The notes under the pieces: generated by a model
Seen by the model: only the letters and a program-made list of their open reading frames with translations
Database searches by the model: none
Told to the model about the DNA's origin: nothing
Origin: Patescibacteria group bacterium
Lineage (GTDB): Bacteria; Patescibacteriota; Microgenomatia; UBA10105; UBA927
NCBI GenBank assembly: GCA_023379025.1
Contig: JAMCTH010000003.1
Coordinates: 169,259 to 233,258 of the forward strand
Reading direction: 5' to 3'
Length of the DNA stretch: 64,000 nucleotides
Shown here: positions 45,013-55,754 of the stretch, one piece after another
Numbering within the stretch: the first letter of the stretch is position 1
How the letters are laid out: each line of letters opens with the position of its first letter
Made by a program: the position numbers and the translations under genes

Positions 45013-45792
45013 TCACGAACCGCGTTTGGTCAATATGATGGGCTCTGCATTCGTAACTGCGATGGTGTGCTCAAAAACAGCCGACAGGCTCCGGTCTACT
45101 GTTGCCAGCGTCCAGCCGTCGTCATTGTCGTAGACGATCTCCCCTTTGCCCATCGCGTAGATCACTTCGATGGCAATGGTCATGTCCGGACAAAGCCGCG
45201 GCGTTGCTTCGACCGGTCCGCGCAAAAAACCCGGTATTTGCGGCGCCTCGTGAAGGGTTTTCCCGACACCATGACCGACAAGCGTTTTGACAATGCTATA
45301 TCCCGCCCCTGTGATTTCCTTTTCAATAGCCTCTGAAATATGCCCTATATGGTTTCCTGCCCGCGCCGCGGCGATGGCATTGCGGAGCGCGGTTTCACCG
45401 GCATTCAAAAAACGGGCGTTCCGGTTGTCCGGAGAAGAACGCTTTCCGTCGGACAACACAAGCTCCGACCATGCCGTATCGGTATGGTATCCTTTATAGA
45501 GCATGCCGATATCAATGGTCAGAAGATCTCCTTCCGCAAGAGAATATCCCGTCGGAATACCATGAACCACCGCTTCATTGACGCAGAGACAGGTAGCCCA
45601 CCGGTACCCGCGGACTGTTTTAAAGGATGGTGTTCCGCCGGCCGCGAGTATTGCCGCGTTTCCCCTGTCTTCTATCTCGGAAAGCCGTATACCGGGTCTG
45701 GCAAAACCCAGAAGATCCTGAAGAATTGTTCCCAGCGCTTTTCCTCCTTCATGCATTGCATGAAGCGCTTCTTCCGTTTTCGTATAGTTCAT
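45013..45792 (-). CDS. map: Methionine aminopeptidase
   Basis: VVHGIP, IDIG, DTA, GHGVG..LHE and FEHT. Confidence 0.94.
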   Translation of the reverse strand: MNYTKTEEALHAMHEGGKALGTILQDLLGFARPGIRLSEIEDRGNAAILAAGGTPSFKTVRGYRWATCLCVNEAVVHGIPTGYSLAEGDLLTIDIGMLYKGYHTDTAWSELVLSDGKRSSPDNRNARFLNAGETALRNAIAAARAGNHIGHISEAIEKEITGAGYSIVKTLVGHGVGKTLHEAPQIPGFLRGPVEATPRLCPDMTIAIEVIYAMGKGEIVYDNDDGWTLATVDRSLSAVFEHTIAVTNAEPIILTKRGS

Positions 45793-46475
45793 AACAATTG
45801 ACGTTTATGGAGCTCGGTCTTGACCGCATTGACCACCTGTTCCTGTGTCATCCCCGTCGAGTCCAGGAGCCAGGCATCCGGAAGCTTCTGCAACGGATCC
45901 GTCGACCTGCCCATATCCTGGGCATCCCGGTCTTTTGTCTCCTCATACACCTCATCGAACGGCTTCGTAATCCCTTTGGCCTGCCACTGGAGCTGACGCC
46001 GTTTTACCCGCTCTTCAAGGCTTGCCGTTAAGTAAATTTTCAGCCGGGCGTCCGGCAGAACCCGCAGGCCGATATCCCGGCCTTCCATGACAACCCGTTT
46101 CCCCCGGGCTATCTCCTGCTGGCGCTTGACCATTTCCTGACGCACTTCCGGAATGGTGCTCACGTCAGAAGCTCCCATGGAAACATCCGGGTCGGAGATC
46201 CGGTCCGTTACATCGGTTCCGCCCAAAAGCACCTTATACGGGAAAGCGCTGTCCTTATCCGGTTCCACCAGATCTATGTCCGTATCCCCAAGGACCGCAA
46301 GCACCCTGTCGGCTTCTTTTCTCGGGACGGACCGGGTGATGCAGGCAAGGGCAAGCGCACGGTACATCGCTCCCGTATAGATATAGACGAGCCCTATCTC
46401 ACGCGCGAGCCGCGCAGAAATATCCCCTTTTCCGGCTGCAACAGGTCCGTCAATGGCAATCTGCAACGGCTTCAT
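45789..46475 (-). CDS. cmk: Cytidylate kinase
   Basis: AIDGPVAAGK, TGAMYRA, VMEGRDIG and KIYLTAS. Confidence 0.93.
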   Translation of the reverse strand: MKPLQIAIDGPVAAGKGDISARLAREIGLVYIYTGAMYRALALACITRSVPRKEADRVLAVLGDTDIDLVEPDKDSAFPYKVLLGGTDVTDRISDPDVSMGASDVSTIPEVRQEMVKRQQEIARGKRVVMEGRDIGLRVLPDARLKIYLTASLEERVKRRQLQWQAKGITKPFDEVYEETKDRDAQDMGRSTDPLQKLPDAWLLDSTGMTQEQVVNAVKTELHKRQLL

Positions 46476-46483
46476 AGCGTATA

Positions 46484-47086
46484 CTATCCCGAATTCTCCC
46501 CTGTTTTCTCAAGACCTAATTGCAGGAGAATTTCGGAAGTTACTGCTTCCACTGCCTGGTTTGCATTGATATCAACCAGAACACCTTTCTCACGGTAGTA
46601 TGCAAGCACGTCCTTTTCACTTTCTTTATAAATATTCAGCCTGCTCTGGATGCGTTCCGGTGAATCGTGCAGTTCGCTGCTTCCGGGATGGAGCGGCCTG
46701 GCCCGTTTGAGCAAACGTTTGAGCGATTCATCCTCCGGGAGCCGGAGGTAGACTACTTTTTCCACCTTATATCCGTATTTATCGATCTTGTCGTCCAGAA
46801 ATTTGGCCTGCTCAACGTTTCTCGGAAATCCGTCCATGATCCATCCACCCTTTGCGTCTTCTTCTTTAAGTCTCCATTTCCAGAGAACAAACATCTCGCT
46901 GTCAGCCACATACTTACCCTCCGAAAGTGCCTGGCGGCACACTTCTCCGATAATTCCCTTGTCGTTGGCTGCCGCATCCCGGACCAGATCGCCGGACGTA
47001 AGAACCGGCAAATGCAGCCGATCGGATAGTATTTTCGCCTGCGTACCTTTGCCTGACCCTTCAGGGCCGTAAAAAACAATATGCAT
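46484..47086 (-). CDS. adk: Adenylate kinase
   Basis: GPEGSGKGTQ and MDGFPRN; located directly after secY. Confidence 0.9.
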   Translation of the reverse strand: MHIVFYGPEGSGKGTQAKILSDRLHLPVLTSGDLVRDAAANDKGIIGEVCRQALSEGKYVADSEMFVLWKWRLKEEDAKGGWIMDGFPRNVEQAKFLDDKIDKYGYKVEKVVYLRLPEDESLKRLLKRARPLHPGSSELHDSPERIQSRLNIYKESEKDVLAYYREKGVLVDINANQAVEAVTSEILLQLGLEKTGENSG

Positions 47087-47095
47087 AAAATTAAG

Positions 47096-47179
47096 AAATC
47101 ACAAGTCTCAAATCCCAAATCCTTACGCCCGGCACGATCACCGCGGACACCGGATAGTGTGATCGGAGTCTTGTGATTT
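47096..47179. repeat. Inverted heptamer arrays between secY and adk
   Basis: AAATCACAAGTCTC (47096) and GAGTCTTGTGATTT (47166) are complementary at 13/14 positions. Confidence 0.8.
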
Positions 47180-48468
47180 TACTCCTTTAAAAAACCTTCA
47201 TAATTTCTCATGACGAGCTGCGCCTCCAGAGCCTTGACCGTCTCCAGTACAACGGCCACGATAATGAGGACCCCTGTTCCGCCGATAAGAAGTGATGCAA
47301 CGCCGGTCGATCCCCGCGCAAGGGAAGGAAGAATTGCTATAAGTCCTAAGAATATCGCTCCAGCGAGGGTGATCCTCGTAAGAATATGATTGAGGTAATG
47401 CGCGGTCGGTGCACCCGGGCGGATACCGGGAATAAATCCGCCGTGTTTCTGGATTTCTTCGGCGATTTTTGTCGGATTGAAGGTGATAGCAGTATAGAAA
47501 TAGGTAAATCCGATCACCAGAAGGAAATACATGAGATTGTAGGAAAGACCGCTGGGATTAAAGAGATTGGTCAGCAATTTTCCGAAACTTACAATTGCGG
47601 GATTTCTGATCTGCGCCAGAAACCCGCCGACCAGCGAAGGGATAAGCACAAGCGATACGGCAAAAATTATCGGGATGACGCCGGCCTGGTTAACCCTGAG
47701 CGGAAGATAGGATGTCGCCCCGCCGTAAATTTTATTTCCGCGGATTCTTCTTGCATATTGCACGGTGATGCGCCGTACCGCTTCGTTGACAAAGACGGTG
47801 GCGGCGATAACGACGAGCGCCAACACGGCAAACATGATGGCATTTGAAAATCCTTCCGGGGTAAGCGTATTAACCGACTGCCCGAAGACCACGGGGAGCC
47901 GCCCGACGATACCGGCAAAAATCAGAAGTGATATCCCGTTTCCGATACCGTATTCCGTGATAAGTTCCCCGATCCACATGACAAATATAGTGCCTGCCGT
48001 CATCGTCACGATGAGAGAAAGAAGCGTCAGGGGATCGGTAACCGAAACAATGCCCTGATTTTTGAGGAGCGCAAACATTCCTATCGCCTGCACCATCGCA
48101 AGCGGGACCGTCAGAAAGCGGGTGTACTGATTAATTTTTTCCCTGCCGTATTCGCCTTCCTTCGAGAGCTCTTCCAGCTTGGGGAAAACGATGGTAAGAA
48201 GCTGCAGAATGATGGAGGCGTTGATATAGGGATTGAGTCCGAGTGCCATGACGGAAAAATTCACGAGCGTTCCTCCGGAGAAAATATCCAGAAGGCCCAG
48301 AAACTGATTTTGTGCAAACAACGTCGCAAGCTTAGCGGTGTTGACTCCCGGAATCGGAATATGGGCAAAGACGCGGAATACGACAAAAAGCGCCCCGGTG
48401 AGGAGGATTTTCCGCCGGAGCTCGGGCGTTTTCCAACTGTTGATAATCGGAGATAAGAGATTATTCAT
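47179..48468 (-). CDS. secY: Preprotein translocase subunit SecY
   Basis: [28 protein letters not shown] and IPGIRPG. Confidence 0.97.
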   Translation of the reverse strand: MNNLLSPIINSWKTPELRRKILLTGALFVVFRVFAHIPIPGVNTAKLATLFAQNQFLGLLDIFSGGTLVNFSVMALGLNPYINASIILQLLTIVFPKLEELSKEGEYGREKINQYTRFLTVPLAMVQAIGMFALLKNQGIVSVTDPLTLLSLIVTMTAGTIFVMWIGELITEYGIGNGISLLIFAGIVGRLPVVFGQSVNTLTPEGFSNAIMFAVLALVVIAATVFVNEAVRRITVQYARRIRGNKIYGGATSYLPLRVNQAGVIPIIFAVSLVLIPSLVGGFLAQIRNPAIVSFGKLLTNLFNPSGLSYNLMYFLLVIGFTYFYTAITFNPTKIAEEIQKHGGFIPGIRPGAPTAHYLNHILTRITLAGAIFLGLIAILPSLARGSTGVASLLIGGTGVLIIVAVVLETVKALEAQLVMRNYEGFLKE

Positions 48469-48901
48469 GGAGTGGCACAACCCGACCGCCGGCACGCTCT
48501 ATGGCTTTCTGGGCGCTCCTCGAGCAGGGAACGGAAACGGTAAGTGCCACGGACAGCGTTCCGCCTCCAAGTACCTTTACGCTCTCTACCCGCTCTTCTA
48601 TTATATGCGCTTTTTTGAGAAGATCGAGCGTCACGTCCGACTTCGGGGGAAAAACACCCAACTTTGAAACCGTTACCGGATACACCTCTTTTTTGTATGA
48701 TCTGTTTTTTGCTTTACCCCGAAGAAAGGGTAACCGCCTGATAAGCGGTAATTGCCCTCCTTCGAACCCGATCCGCACCGTTTCCCTGGCTTTCTGTCCT
48801 TTGGTTCCCCGGCCAGACGTCTTCACCTTCCCGGAACCATGGCCCCTGCCTAGGCGTTTTTTTCTCTTATGGACGACTTTCGGTAATGTATGGAGATTCA
48901 T
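48461..48901 (-). CDS. rplO: 50S ribosomal protein L15
   Basis: RLGRGHGSG and GFEGGQLPL. Confidence 0.96.
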   Translation of the reverse strand: MNLHTLPKVVHKRKKRLGRGHGSGKVKTSGRGTKGQKARETVRIGFEGGQLPLIRRLPFLRGKAKNRSYKKEVYPVTVSKLGVFPPKSDVTLDLLKKAHIIEERVESVKVLGGGTLSVALTVSVPCSRSAQKAIERAGGRVVPLHE

Positions 48902-48911
48902 AGCAATGATA

Positions 48912-49394
48912 TTACGGTGTGGGCACTGCCCTCCGCGTTTTGAATTGTTTGAGTGCTTCCATGGTGGCATACACATTGGATGCCTGGTTTTTGCTTCCCA
49001 GGATTTTTGACACGATATCCCGGATACCGACCGCTTCAACTACCGCACGTACCGCTCCGCCGGCGATAACGCCGGTTCCGGGAGGAGCCGGCCGCAAAAG
49101 TACCTGGGCGGCACCGCGTTTAACGCGTACCTCATGCGGGATAGTCGTTCCTTTCAGGGGCACGGTGAACAGGTGTTTCTTGGCGTAACTTACCGCTTTC
49201 CGGACTGCGCTGGAAACATCCGGAGCGCCGCCAAGGCCTACTCCCACCCTGCCTTTTTTGTCGCCGACGACAACGAGAACGGAAAACCCGATTTTATTGC
49301 CGCCTTTTGTCTTCTTTGAAACCCTGTTGATCTGGACGATCTTCTCGTCAAATTCTTTGGGTTCATTTTGTGAACGGTTAAAGTCTCTTCTCAT
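48912..49394 (-). CDS. rpsE: 30S ribosomal protein S5
   Basis: [10 protein letters not shown] and [12 protein letters not shown]. Confidence 0.96.
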   Translation of the reverse strand: MRRDFNRSQNEPKEFDEKIVQINRVSKKTKGGNKIGFSVLVVVGDKKGRVGVGLGGAPDVSSAVRKAVSYAKKHLFTVPLKGTTIPHEVRVKRGAAQVLLRPAPPGTGVIAGGAVRAVVEAVGIRDIVSKILGSKNQASNVYATMEALKQFKTRRAVPTP

Positions 49395-49398
49395 ATAT

Positions 49399-49731
49399 TT
49401 ATAGCGTCAAACCCGCTTCCCTGGCCGCATCTGCTAAGGCCGCGATAACGCCGTGATAACGATATCCCCCCCGGTCGAACACAACAGCCTGTATATGATG
49501 CTCCTTGACGGCGCGCCGGGCAACTTCCGCGCCCAGAAGTTTCGCCTGCTCCTCGGTTTTGCCTCCGCGGGCAGAAAGTATGGTAACTCCCTTGTCGTCA
49601 TCAACAAGCTGAACGGAGAGGGCCGTATTTGAACGGAATACGCTCATCCGCGGCCGCTTGGCTGTTCCGGAAATCACAGCCCTAATCCGTCGCTTCCGCA
49701 GGATTCTCATGGATGACCTGGTTTTTTTCAT
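49399..49731 (-). CDS. rplR: 50S ribosomal protein L18
   Basis: [10 protein letters not shown] and [11 protein letters not shown]. Confidence 0.95.
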   Translation of the reverse strand: MKKTRSSMRILRKRRIRAVISGTAKRPRMSVFRSNTALSVQLVDDDKGVTILSARGGKTEEQAKLLGAEVARRAVKEHHIQAVVFDRGGYRYHGVIAALADAAREAGLTL

Positions 49732-50297
49732 TTTGCACCTCCGGCTCCCGGCGCGCCGCCCACTGCCTTGGCGGATTTGCCTGCCTTTTTCCTGATATAT
49801 TCCCCCTGATAGCGGATGCCCTTTCCCTTATATGGCTCGGGTTTTTTTACTGCACGTATGGACGCAGCAACCTGACCGACCGACTGCTTTTCCGTACCGG
49901 ATACGACGATTTTACCTTCTTTTATGACAAATGTAATCCCTTCCGGCGGCTCAATCCTGACCGGATGGGAGAATCCGACGGTCAGCACCAGAGATGTTCC
50001 TTCGGTACTTGCCCGGTATCCTACTCCGGACAGCTCAAGCGTCTTCGTCCATCCCCGGCTGACCCCGACAATCGCGTTAGAGAGTGAGGCGCGGAAAAAA
50101 CCGTGAAGAGCACGTACGTTCCCTCCGTCTCCCTTGCGCCCCACTCCTACCTCCTGTCCGTCCGCCCGGACGGTAATCCCTTTGGGCACGGACAAGGTCA
50201 GAACTCCTAGTGGGCCGGAGACCTCGACGACTGCTCCCTCCGTCCGGAGGGTAACACCGGGGGGCAACGATATGGGTAAGTTTCCGATTCTTGACAT
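49728..50297 (-). CDS. rplF: 50S ribosomal protein L6
   Basis: MSRIG, GVGYRA and [11 protein letters not shown]. Confidence 0.96.
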   Translation of the reverse strand: MSRIGNLPISLPPGVTLRTEGAVVEVSGPLGVLTLSVPKGITVRADGQEVGVGRKGDGGNVRALHGFFRASLSNAIVGVSRGWTKTLELSGVGYRASTEGTSLVLTVGFSHPVRIEPPEGITFVIKEGKIVVSGTEKQSVGQVAASIRAVKKPEPYKGKGIRYQGEYIRKKAGKSAKAVGGAPGAGGAK

Positions 50298-50303
50298 AGG
50301 TGA

Positions 50304-50696
50304 TTACCAGACTTCGCACAAAAATTCACCGCCGATACCGAGATTTTTTGCATCCTTCCCGGTCATAACACCCCTCGATGTCGAAAGAATTGCGATACCC
50401 ATGCCGCCGACAACATGGGGAATCTTATCCTTAGCAATATAGATGCGCATGCCGGGTTTGCTTTTCCGCTTGATATCCGTAATTACCGATGTGTTGTCGT
50501 GATACTGCAGGGTAATGTTTAACCGGAATTTCGGCGCGACGCCTGTCTTCTCCGCCGCGGCGATGTATCCCTCTTTTGCCAATACGGAAGCAACCGCCAT
50601 TTTCATATTGGAATACGGCAGTGTTATAACCCGCCTATCCGCAAGAACGGCGTTTTTGATCTGGACAAGCATGTCTCCGATCGGATCGTTTACCAT
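50304..50696 (-). CDS. rpsH: 30S ribosomal protein S8
   Basis: DPIGDML, SKPGMRIY and STSRGVM. Confidence 0.96.
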   Translation of the reverse strand: MVNDPIGDMLVQIKNAVLADRRVITLPYSNMKMAVASVLAKEGYIAAAEKTGVAPKFRLNITLQYHDNTSVITDIKRKSKPGMRIYIAKDKIPHVVGGMGIAILSTSRGVMTGKDAKNLGIGGEFLCEVW

Positions 50697-50839
50697 AGAT
50701 ATAGAGGTATATACCGGGTTTCCGGATTATTTTCCTCCGTTCCTTTTCCCGGTATTCTCATAACTTTTGACGGTTTACTGGTCACGATGACCAATTGCTA
50801 AGGACCTTTCTTGAGTACCCTGCGTTCTCCCCCGTCTCC

Positions 50840-51025
50840 TTACCATGATGCTTTTGTCACTCCCGGCAACTCGCCGTTATGAGCGAGTTTTCTGAAACAC
50901 AACCGGCAAATGCCGAAAGTGCGCATGTATGCCCTCGATCTGCCGCAGAGAGAACATCTGTTCCGGTGGCGGACGGCAAACTTTTGTTTTTTCTGAAATT
51001 TTACTACGTCTGATGTTTTTGCCAT
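50840..51025 (-). CDS. rpsN: 30S ribosomal protein S14, zinc-binding type
   Basis: RCSLCGR...CRLCFR...KASW. Confidence 0.96.
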   Translation of the reverse strand: MAKTSDVVKFQKKQKFAVRHRNRCSLCGRSRAYMRTFGICRLCFRKLAHNGELPGVTKASW

Positions 51026-51028
51026 AGG

Positions 51029-51592
51029 TTACTTCTCCTTCTCAAACGGCATACCGAGCTTCGTAAGAAGCGCGCGTGCCGAGGGGTCATCCGCTGCCGA
51101 AGTGACAAAGGTTACTTCAAAACCGCGTACTTTGTCAACCATGGAAAACTCAAGTTCCGGAAAAATCGTCTGCTCCGTAACGCCCATCGTATAGTTGCCC
51201 TGATGATCAAATCCGTGAAGCGGGACGCCATGAAAGTCACGGACACGCGGTAAAGCGATACCGATAAATTTTACCAGAAAATCATACATGCGTTTACCCC
51301 GCAATGTTACTTTCAGGCCTATGGCATCCCCCGCACGGAGTTTAAAGGTGGAAATGGCGCGTTTGGCCCGGGTAACTTGCGGCTTCTGACCCGTAATGGC
51401 GGCAAGCTGGGCTGACATAGCATCAAGCGCCTTTTTATCCGCAAGGGCCTCCCCTAAGCCACAGTTTATGACAATCCGCAAAAGCCGCGGAACTGCCATG
51501 ATATTCCCGATACCGAGTTCTTTCTCAAGTTCGGACCGAATAGTTTTCTGATCTGATATCTGTGTGTTCATAGGTATGATCGTGCCTTGCAT
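51029..51592 (-). CDS. rplE: 50S ribosomal protein L5
   Basis: ITGQKP, KVTLRG and LPRVRDFHG. The start may be at 51571. Confidence 0.95.
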   Translation of the reverse strand: MQGTIIPMNTQISDQKTIRSELEKELGIGNIMAVPRLLRIVINCGLGEALADKKALDAMSAQLAAITGQKPQVTRAKRAISTFKLRAGDAIGLKVTLRGKRMYDFLVKFIGIALPRVRDFHGVPLHGFDHQGNYTMGVTEQTIFPELEFSMVDKVRGFEVTFVTSAADDPSARALLTKLGMPFEKEK

Positions 51593-51594
51593 TG

Positions 51595-51912
51595 TCAGAG
51601 CTTGCGTTCACATTTTCTGCAGATTCTGATCTTTTCGTCTCGGGTTATCAAAAATCCGATCCGTGTCGGCTTGCCGCACGAAGGACAAAGGACCATCACG
51701 CTTCCGGTGCTCAATGGCCGGTTCCGCTCGACTATCCCTCCCGGATTTTGCTCGTCACGGCGTTTCATATGCCGCTTATAGGTGTTGATACCTTCAACCA
51801 GAAGGGCGTTTCTGCGGGGAAAAACCTTCTGGATTTTTCCCTTTCGTCCTTTATCCTTGCCGGCAATGACAACTACCGTATCTCCTTTGTTGAATTTGCT
51901 GTGTTTTGACAT
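51595..51912 (-). CDS. rplX: 50S ribosomal protein L24
   Basis: KGDTVVVIAGKDKG; CPSC and CRKC motifs. Confidence 0.95.
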   Translation of the reverse strand: MSKHSKFNKGDTVVVIAGKDKGRKGKIQKVFPRRNALLVEGINTYKRHMKRRDEQNPGGIVERNRPLSTGSVMVLCPSCGKPTRIGFLITRDEKIRICRKCERKL

Positions 51913-51922
51913 AGGTGTTCCG

Positions 51923-52297
51923 TTAGTATACTTCAGCGGCCATACTGACGATTTTATGAAATCCGAGATCCCGGAGTTCCCGTGCAATCGGCCCGAATAT
52001 CCTCGTACCTCTCGGATTTTTGTCATCCGGGTTATCGATCACGACTCCTGCGTTGTCGTCAAACCGTATGTAGGAGCCGTCCTTCCTGTGAAGTTCTTTG
52101 TGCGTCCGGACGATCACGACTTTCACGAGTTCGTCATCCTTGACCGTTCCTGTCGGGATGGCTTTCCTGACCACGCACTGCACGATATCCCCGATACGGG
52201 CGAATTTCCGCTTGGAAGAACCGTAAATATGCGTCACGGTCATCTCCTGCACTCCGCTGTTATCTGCTGCAACTAAAGCTGTTCGCCGCTGAATCAT
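51923..52297 (-). CDS. rplN: 50S ribosomal protein L14
   Basis: ADNSG, IRFDDNA and GTRIFGP. Confidence 0.97.
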   Translation of the reverse strand: MIQRRTALVAADNSGVQEMTVTHIYGSSKRKFARIGDIVQCVVRKAIPTGTVKDDELVKVVIVRTHKELHRKDGSYIRFDDNAGVVIDNPDDKNPRGTRIFGPIARELRDLGFHKIVSMAAEVY

Positions 52298-52572
52298 AGC
52301 AAGACTCCTGTAACAATATAGTGTTTCCGTTTGCTGATAGGCCTCGAGTGTTCTATGCGAACACGCTGACCCGGACGAAGACTCTCACCCGGGTTATGGA
52401 CGGAAAGCCGCCTGATTTTTTTGAGCGCCTTTTTATAGACCGGATGCTGATACGTATGGATGACCTCGACAATGACGGTCTGCTGCCCCCTCGAAGAAAC
52501 AACGGTACCGATCAGCTGCCGGCGGCTGACATGTACGGACTTTTCCGGTTTCGTCGATTGTGTCCCGGTCAT
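52294..52572 (-). CDS. rpsQ: 30S ribosomal protein S17
   Basis: GTVVS, HPVYKK and RPISKRK. Confidence 0.93.
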   Translation of the reverse strand: MTGTQSTKPEKSVHVSRRQLIGTVVSSRGQQTVIVEVIHTYQHPVYKKALKKIRRLSVHNPGESLRPGQRVRIEHSRPISKRKHYIVTGVLL

Positions 52573-52793
52573 ACGAGGCCTTCCTTCCTGGAAACTTCAA
52601 GCTGCATCTCACGGTCAAAGGTTTTTAGGACTGCAAGCATTTTCCTCTTTTCTCTGGCTTCCCGGTGGTTTTTGATCTGTTTGGTCGACCTGTCCCGCCG
52701 CCATGCAAGAATTTCCGCCTCAAGTTCATCTCTTCGTTTATGACGTTCTTCGGCGTTCAATGCCCGTAAAGACTGTTTTTCTTTCTGTCTCAT
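52569..52793 (-). CDS. rpmC: 50S ribosomal protein L29 (divergent)
   Basis: Position between rplP and rpsQ; size and basic helical character. Confidence 0.8.
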   Translation of the reverse strand: MRQKEKQSLRALNAEERHKRRDELEAEILAWRRDRSTKQIKNHREAREKRKMLAVLKTFDREMQLEVSRKEGLV

Positions 52794-53203
52794 AGTTCCT
52801 CCTTGACGACAAACTTCGTTCTGACCGGAAGTTTTGCCGCGGCCAGGCGCATGGCTTCCTTCGCGTCCTCCCCGGCGACACCGCCCATTTCAAACAGAAT
52901 ACGGCCCGGACGGACGACCGCCACATACTCATAGACATCCCCCTTCCCGCTTCCCATTCTGGTTTCCGGCGGTTTTTTGGTAATCGGCTTGTCCGGAAAA
53001 ATGCGGATCCATACCCGCCCGCCGCGCCGGGTGTAGTGCGTCAGCGCTCTCCTGGCCGCTTCTATCTGACGGCTTCCGACCCACCCGACGGTCAGCGCTT
53101 TGAGTCCGCAGTTGCCGAAATTCAGCTCACTGCCGCGTACGGATATACCGCGCCGTTTTCCCCTGAATGATTTTCTGTGTTTTGCCCGTTTTGGTGCTAA
53201 CAT
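52790..53203 (-). CDS. rplP: 50S ribosomal protein L16
   Basis: QIEAAR, IFPDKP and RMGSGKG. Confidence 0.97.
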   Translation of the reverse strand: MLAPKRAKHRKSFRGKRRGISVRGSELNFGNCGLKALTVGWVGSRQIEAARRALTHYTRRGGRVWIRIFPDKPITKKPPETRMGSGKGDVYEYVAVVRPGRILFEMGGVAGEDAKEAMRLAAAKLPVRTKFVVKEEL

Positions 53204-53204
53204 A

Positions 53205-53290
53205 TTGGTTACAGTTATTTCGTTAATTGGTTACTTCGTGATTCGCGTATTCAATATATTGCCATTGCGTCGAACGCTGTAACAAACTAA
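53205..53290. repeat. 8-mer array between rpsC and rplP
   Basis: AGTTATTT CGTTAATT GGTTACTT CGTGATTC. Confidence 0.65.
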
Positions 53291-53961
53291 CTTTTTCTGC
53301 ATATCCATACTTTTACCCCGATATATCCCGATTTTGTAAGTGCAGGTACCGCACTGAAGTCCACATCCTCCCGCAGCGTTGAAAGCGGAATCGTGCCGGA
53401 TTGGTACTTTTCGCGCCGGGCAATTTCCGCTCCGGCGATGCGTCCGGAAAGAAGAATCTTTACCCCTTTGACGCTTCCGGAAGACATGATTCTGTTGAGC
53501 GCCTGGTTGCACACCCGTTTGTGCGGGAGGCGGCGGACCAGTTGGTCGGCGATTGATGTCGCGACGAGAAACGCATCGGCGTTGGGCTCCTTCACCGGCT
53601 CCACGGACACGTCTACCTTGATTTTCGCGCTGTCCGGCCCGGCGTGCCCCTTGGTTCTTGCCCGTTCCCGTTCACGGAGAAACGATTCGATAAACTTTTT
53701 CAGTTCTTCCATGCCGGAACCGCCGCGGCCGATGACCATGCCGGGCTTCGTAACATGAAGCGTCACGGCAATTTTGTTGATCGACCGCTCGATCTCAACC
53801 CGGGAAAGCCCCGCGCTTTTTAATTTCGCGTGAAGCGATTCCCGGAGTTTCACATCATCCAGTAATAGCGACCGGTACCGCTTTTTGTCCGCAAACCAGC
53901 GTGACTCCCAGCTGAAGCCCTGTCCGAGTCTGAATCCTTTTGGATGTATTTTTTGCCCCAT
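53287..53961 (-). CDS. rpsC: 30S ribosomal protein S3
   Basis: MGQKIHP, PGMVIGRGG and GVKVWI. Confidence 0.97.
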   Translation of the reverse strand: MGQKIHPKGFRLGQGFSWESRWFADKKRYRSLLLDDVKLRESLHAKLKSAGLSRVEIERSINKIAVTLHVTKPGMVIGRGGSGMEELKKFIESFLRERERARTKGHAGPDSAKIKVDVSVEPVKEPNADAFLVATSIADQLVRRLPHKRVCNQALNRIMSSGSVKGVKILLSGRIAGAEIARREKYQSGTIPLSTLREDVDFSAVPALTKSGYIGVKVWICRKS

Positions 53962-54004
53962 ATGTATAAAATTTTAAATCCTTATTTCGGAAACCAAACT
54001 AAAT

Positions 54005-54358
54005 TCAAGCATGAATCTCAGGTTTTTCATCCGTCAACACCACTCTCACATGCGTCGTCCGTTTTTTGTACGGGTGCGCCTGTCCCCGGGAAACGGCATG
54101 CCACCGTTTCATACCCGTTCCCCCCATAATTTCTATTGTCTTAAACCGCAATACTCCCGGGTCCGCCTTTTTTGCGGCTGCATTTGCAAGAGCGGACTGG
54201 ATCGCCTTCCGGAGCGGCCCGGCACCGGACTTCGGCGTCTCATACAATATGTCGACCGCACGGCCGGGCGCCAATGCCCGGATACTGTCCGCCACAAGAC
54301 GGACCTTTCTCGTACTGACGCGGACATGCTTTGCCGTTGCCTGATATTCCATATTCAT
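54005..54358 (-). CDS. rplV: 50S ribosomal protein L22
   Basis: STRKVRLVAD, SALANA and KRTTH. Confidence 0.94.
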   Translation of the reverse strand: MNMEYQATAKHVRVSTRKVRLVADSIRALAPGRAVDILYETPKSGAGPLRKAIQSALANAAAKKADPGVLRFKTIEIMGGTGMKRWHAVSRGQAHPYKKRTTHVRVVLTDEKPEIHA

Positions 54359-54360
54359 GC

Positions 54361-54645
54361 TTATGTCTTTTCAAGTACCCGTTTGGTAACCTGACCGTGT
54401 CCCCGGAACATCCTCGTCGGGGAAAATTCCCCGAGCCGGTGCCCGACCATGGATTCATTCACAAAAATTTCGATAAATGCCCTGCCGTTATGGACGGCAA
54501 ACCGGTGTCCGACAAATTCCGGCGGTATCTGACACGCCCGCGACCAGGTCCGGATGGGCGACCGTTCACCGCCGGCTTTCTGTTTGTTGACTTTCGCCAA
54601 CAGTTTTTTATCTATATATGGTCCTTTTTTGGTACTGCGTGCCAT
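54361..54645 (-). CDS. rpsS: 30S ribosomal protein S19
   Basis: KKGPY, TWSR and MVGHRLGEF. Confidence 0.97.
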   Translation of the reverse strand: MARSTKKGPYIDKKLLAKVNKQKAGGERSPIRTWSRACQIPPEFVGHRFAVHNGRAFIEIFVNESMVGHRLGEFSPTRMFRGHGQVTKRVLEKT

Positions 54646-54674
54646 AGCGTTGTATTAGAGTTCGCGCAACTCCT

Positions 54675-55436
54675 TCATCTGGATTTCCTTCTTTCAAGAA
54701 TACGGCTGTCACTGTATTTTCTCCGCTTTCTTGTGCGTTTCCCGAGCGTCCGTTTCCCCCACGGACTTTTGGGCGACACCAGTCCGATCCCGCTTCTTCC
54801 CTCCCCGCCGCCGTGCGGATGGGACCTCGGATTCTGCGCAACCCCACGAACAGTCGGGCGTCTCCCCATGTGACGGCTTCTGCCTGCTTTTCCTATGGTT
54901 TCATTTTTGTGGTCCGGATTACTGACCTGCCCGACGGTCGCACGGCAACCGACACGAAACGCGCGGATTTCGCTTGAGGGCATTTTGAGCTGTGCCCAGA
55001 TTCCGTCGTTCGAAAGAACGGTAGCAACGCTCCCTGCACTCCTGACGATCTGTCCGCCGCGGCCCGGCACGAGTTCGACATTATGCACCGGCGTTCCGAC
55101 CGGCATCCGTCCCAAGGGAAGCGTGTTGCCGACACGGACATCCGCTGTCTCACCGCTTTCCACCCTGGTACCCACATCAAGTCCTTCCGGGGCGATGATA
55201 TATCGTTTTTCCCCGTCCCGGTAGTGAAGGAGCGCAATCTCTGCCGTCCTGTTCGGATCGTACTCGATGGAAACCACCCGTGCAGGAATACCTATTTTAT
55301 CACGCCGCCAGTCAATGATCCGGTAAAAGCGCTTATGACGACCACCCTGATGCCGTGTCGAAATATGTCCGAACATATCCCTGCCGGAGTGTTTCGACAG
55401 TATGGTATGAAGCTGTTTAATACGATATTGTTTCAT
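54675..55436 (-). CDS. rplB: 50S ribosomal protein L2 (short N-terminus)
   Basis: IEYDPNR, RSAG and HPHGGGEG. Confidence 0.96.
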   Translation of the reverse strand: MKQYRIKQLHTILSKHSGRDMFGHISTRHQGGRHKRFYRIIDWRRDKIGIPARVVSIEYDPNRTAEIALLHYRDGEKRYIIAPEGLDVGTRVESGETADVRVGNTLPLGRMPVGTPVHNVELVPGRGGQIVRSAGSVATVLSNDGIWAQLKMPSSEIRAFRVGCRATVGQVSNPDHKNETIGKAGRSRHMGRRPTVRGVAQNPRSHPHGGGEGRSGIGLVSPKSPWGKRTLGKRTRKRRKYSDSRILERRKSR

Positions 55437-55442
55437 AGTGCG

Positions 55443-55754
55443 TTATTTCTTTTTCGGTTCCTCCTGCGTCTGCGACACTTCAAAAGCTGAAATGGTCTGG
55501 CCCTTCCCGAGCCGCACGATTGCTTTTTTCCACTGGGGTTTTGCGATAGTACGCATTTTTCTGCCTACCCTTCGTTTTTTCCCTTCGACCCGGAGGGTCC
55601 GGGCAGAGGTAACCGTAACACGGTACAACCTGGCAACTTCCCGGCTGATGGCTCCTTTGTCCGCATCGGGATCCACAACAAACGTATACCAGCCTTGAGC
55701 GGCGTCCGTAAGGGATTTTTCCGTTATATACGGTCTTTGGATAATCTGTTTCAT
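55443..55754 (-). CDS. rplW: 50S ribosomal protein L23
   Basis: PYITEKS and WKKAIV. Confidence 0.94.
   Translation of the reverse strand: MKQIIQRPYITEKSLTDAAQGWYTFVVDPDADKGAISREVARLYRVTVTSARTLRVEGKKRRVGRKMRTIAKPQWKKAIVRLGKGQTISAFEVSQTQEEPKKK

Noticed and set aside
4062-53290. Short arrays as CRISPR repeats
   Set aside because: Units are 7-13 nt, degenerate and have no unique spacers; no cas genes are present.
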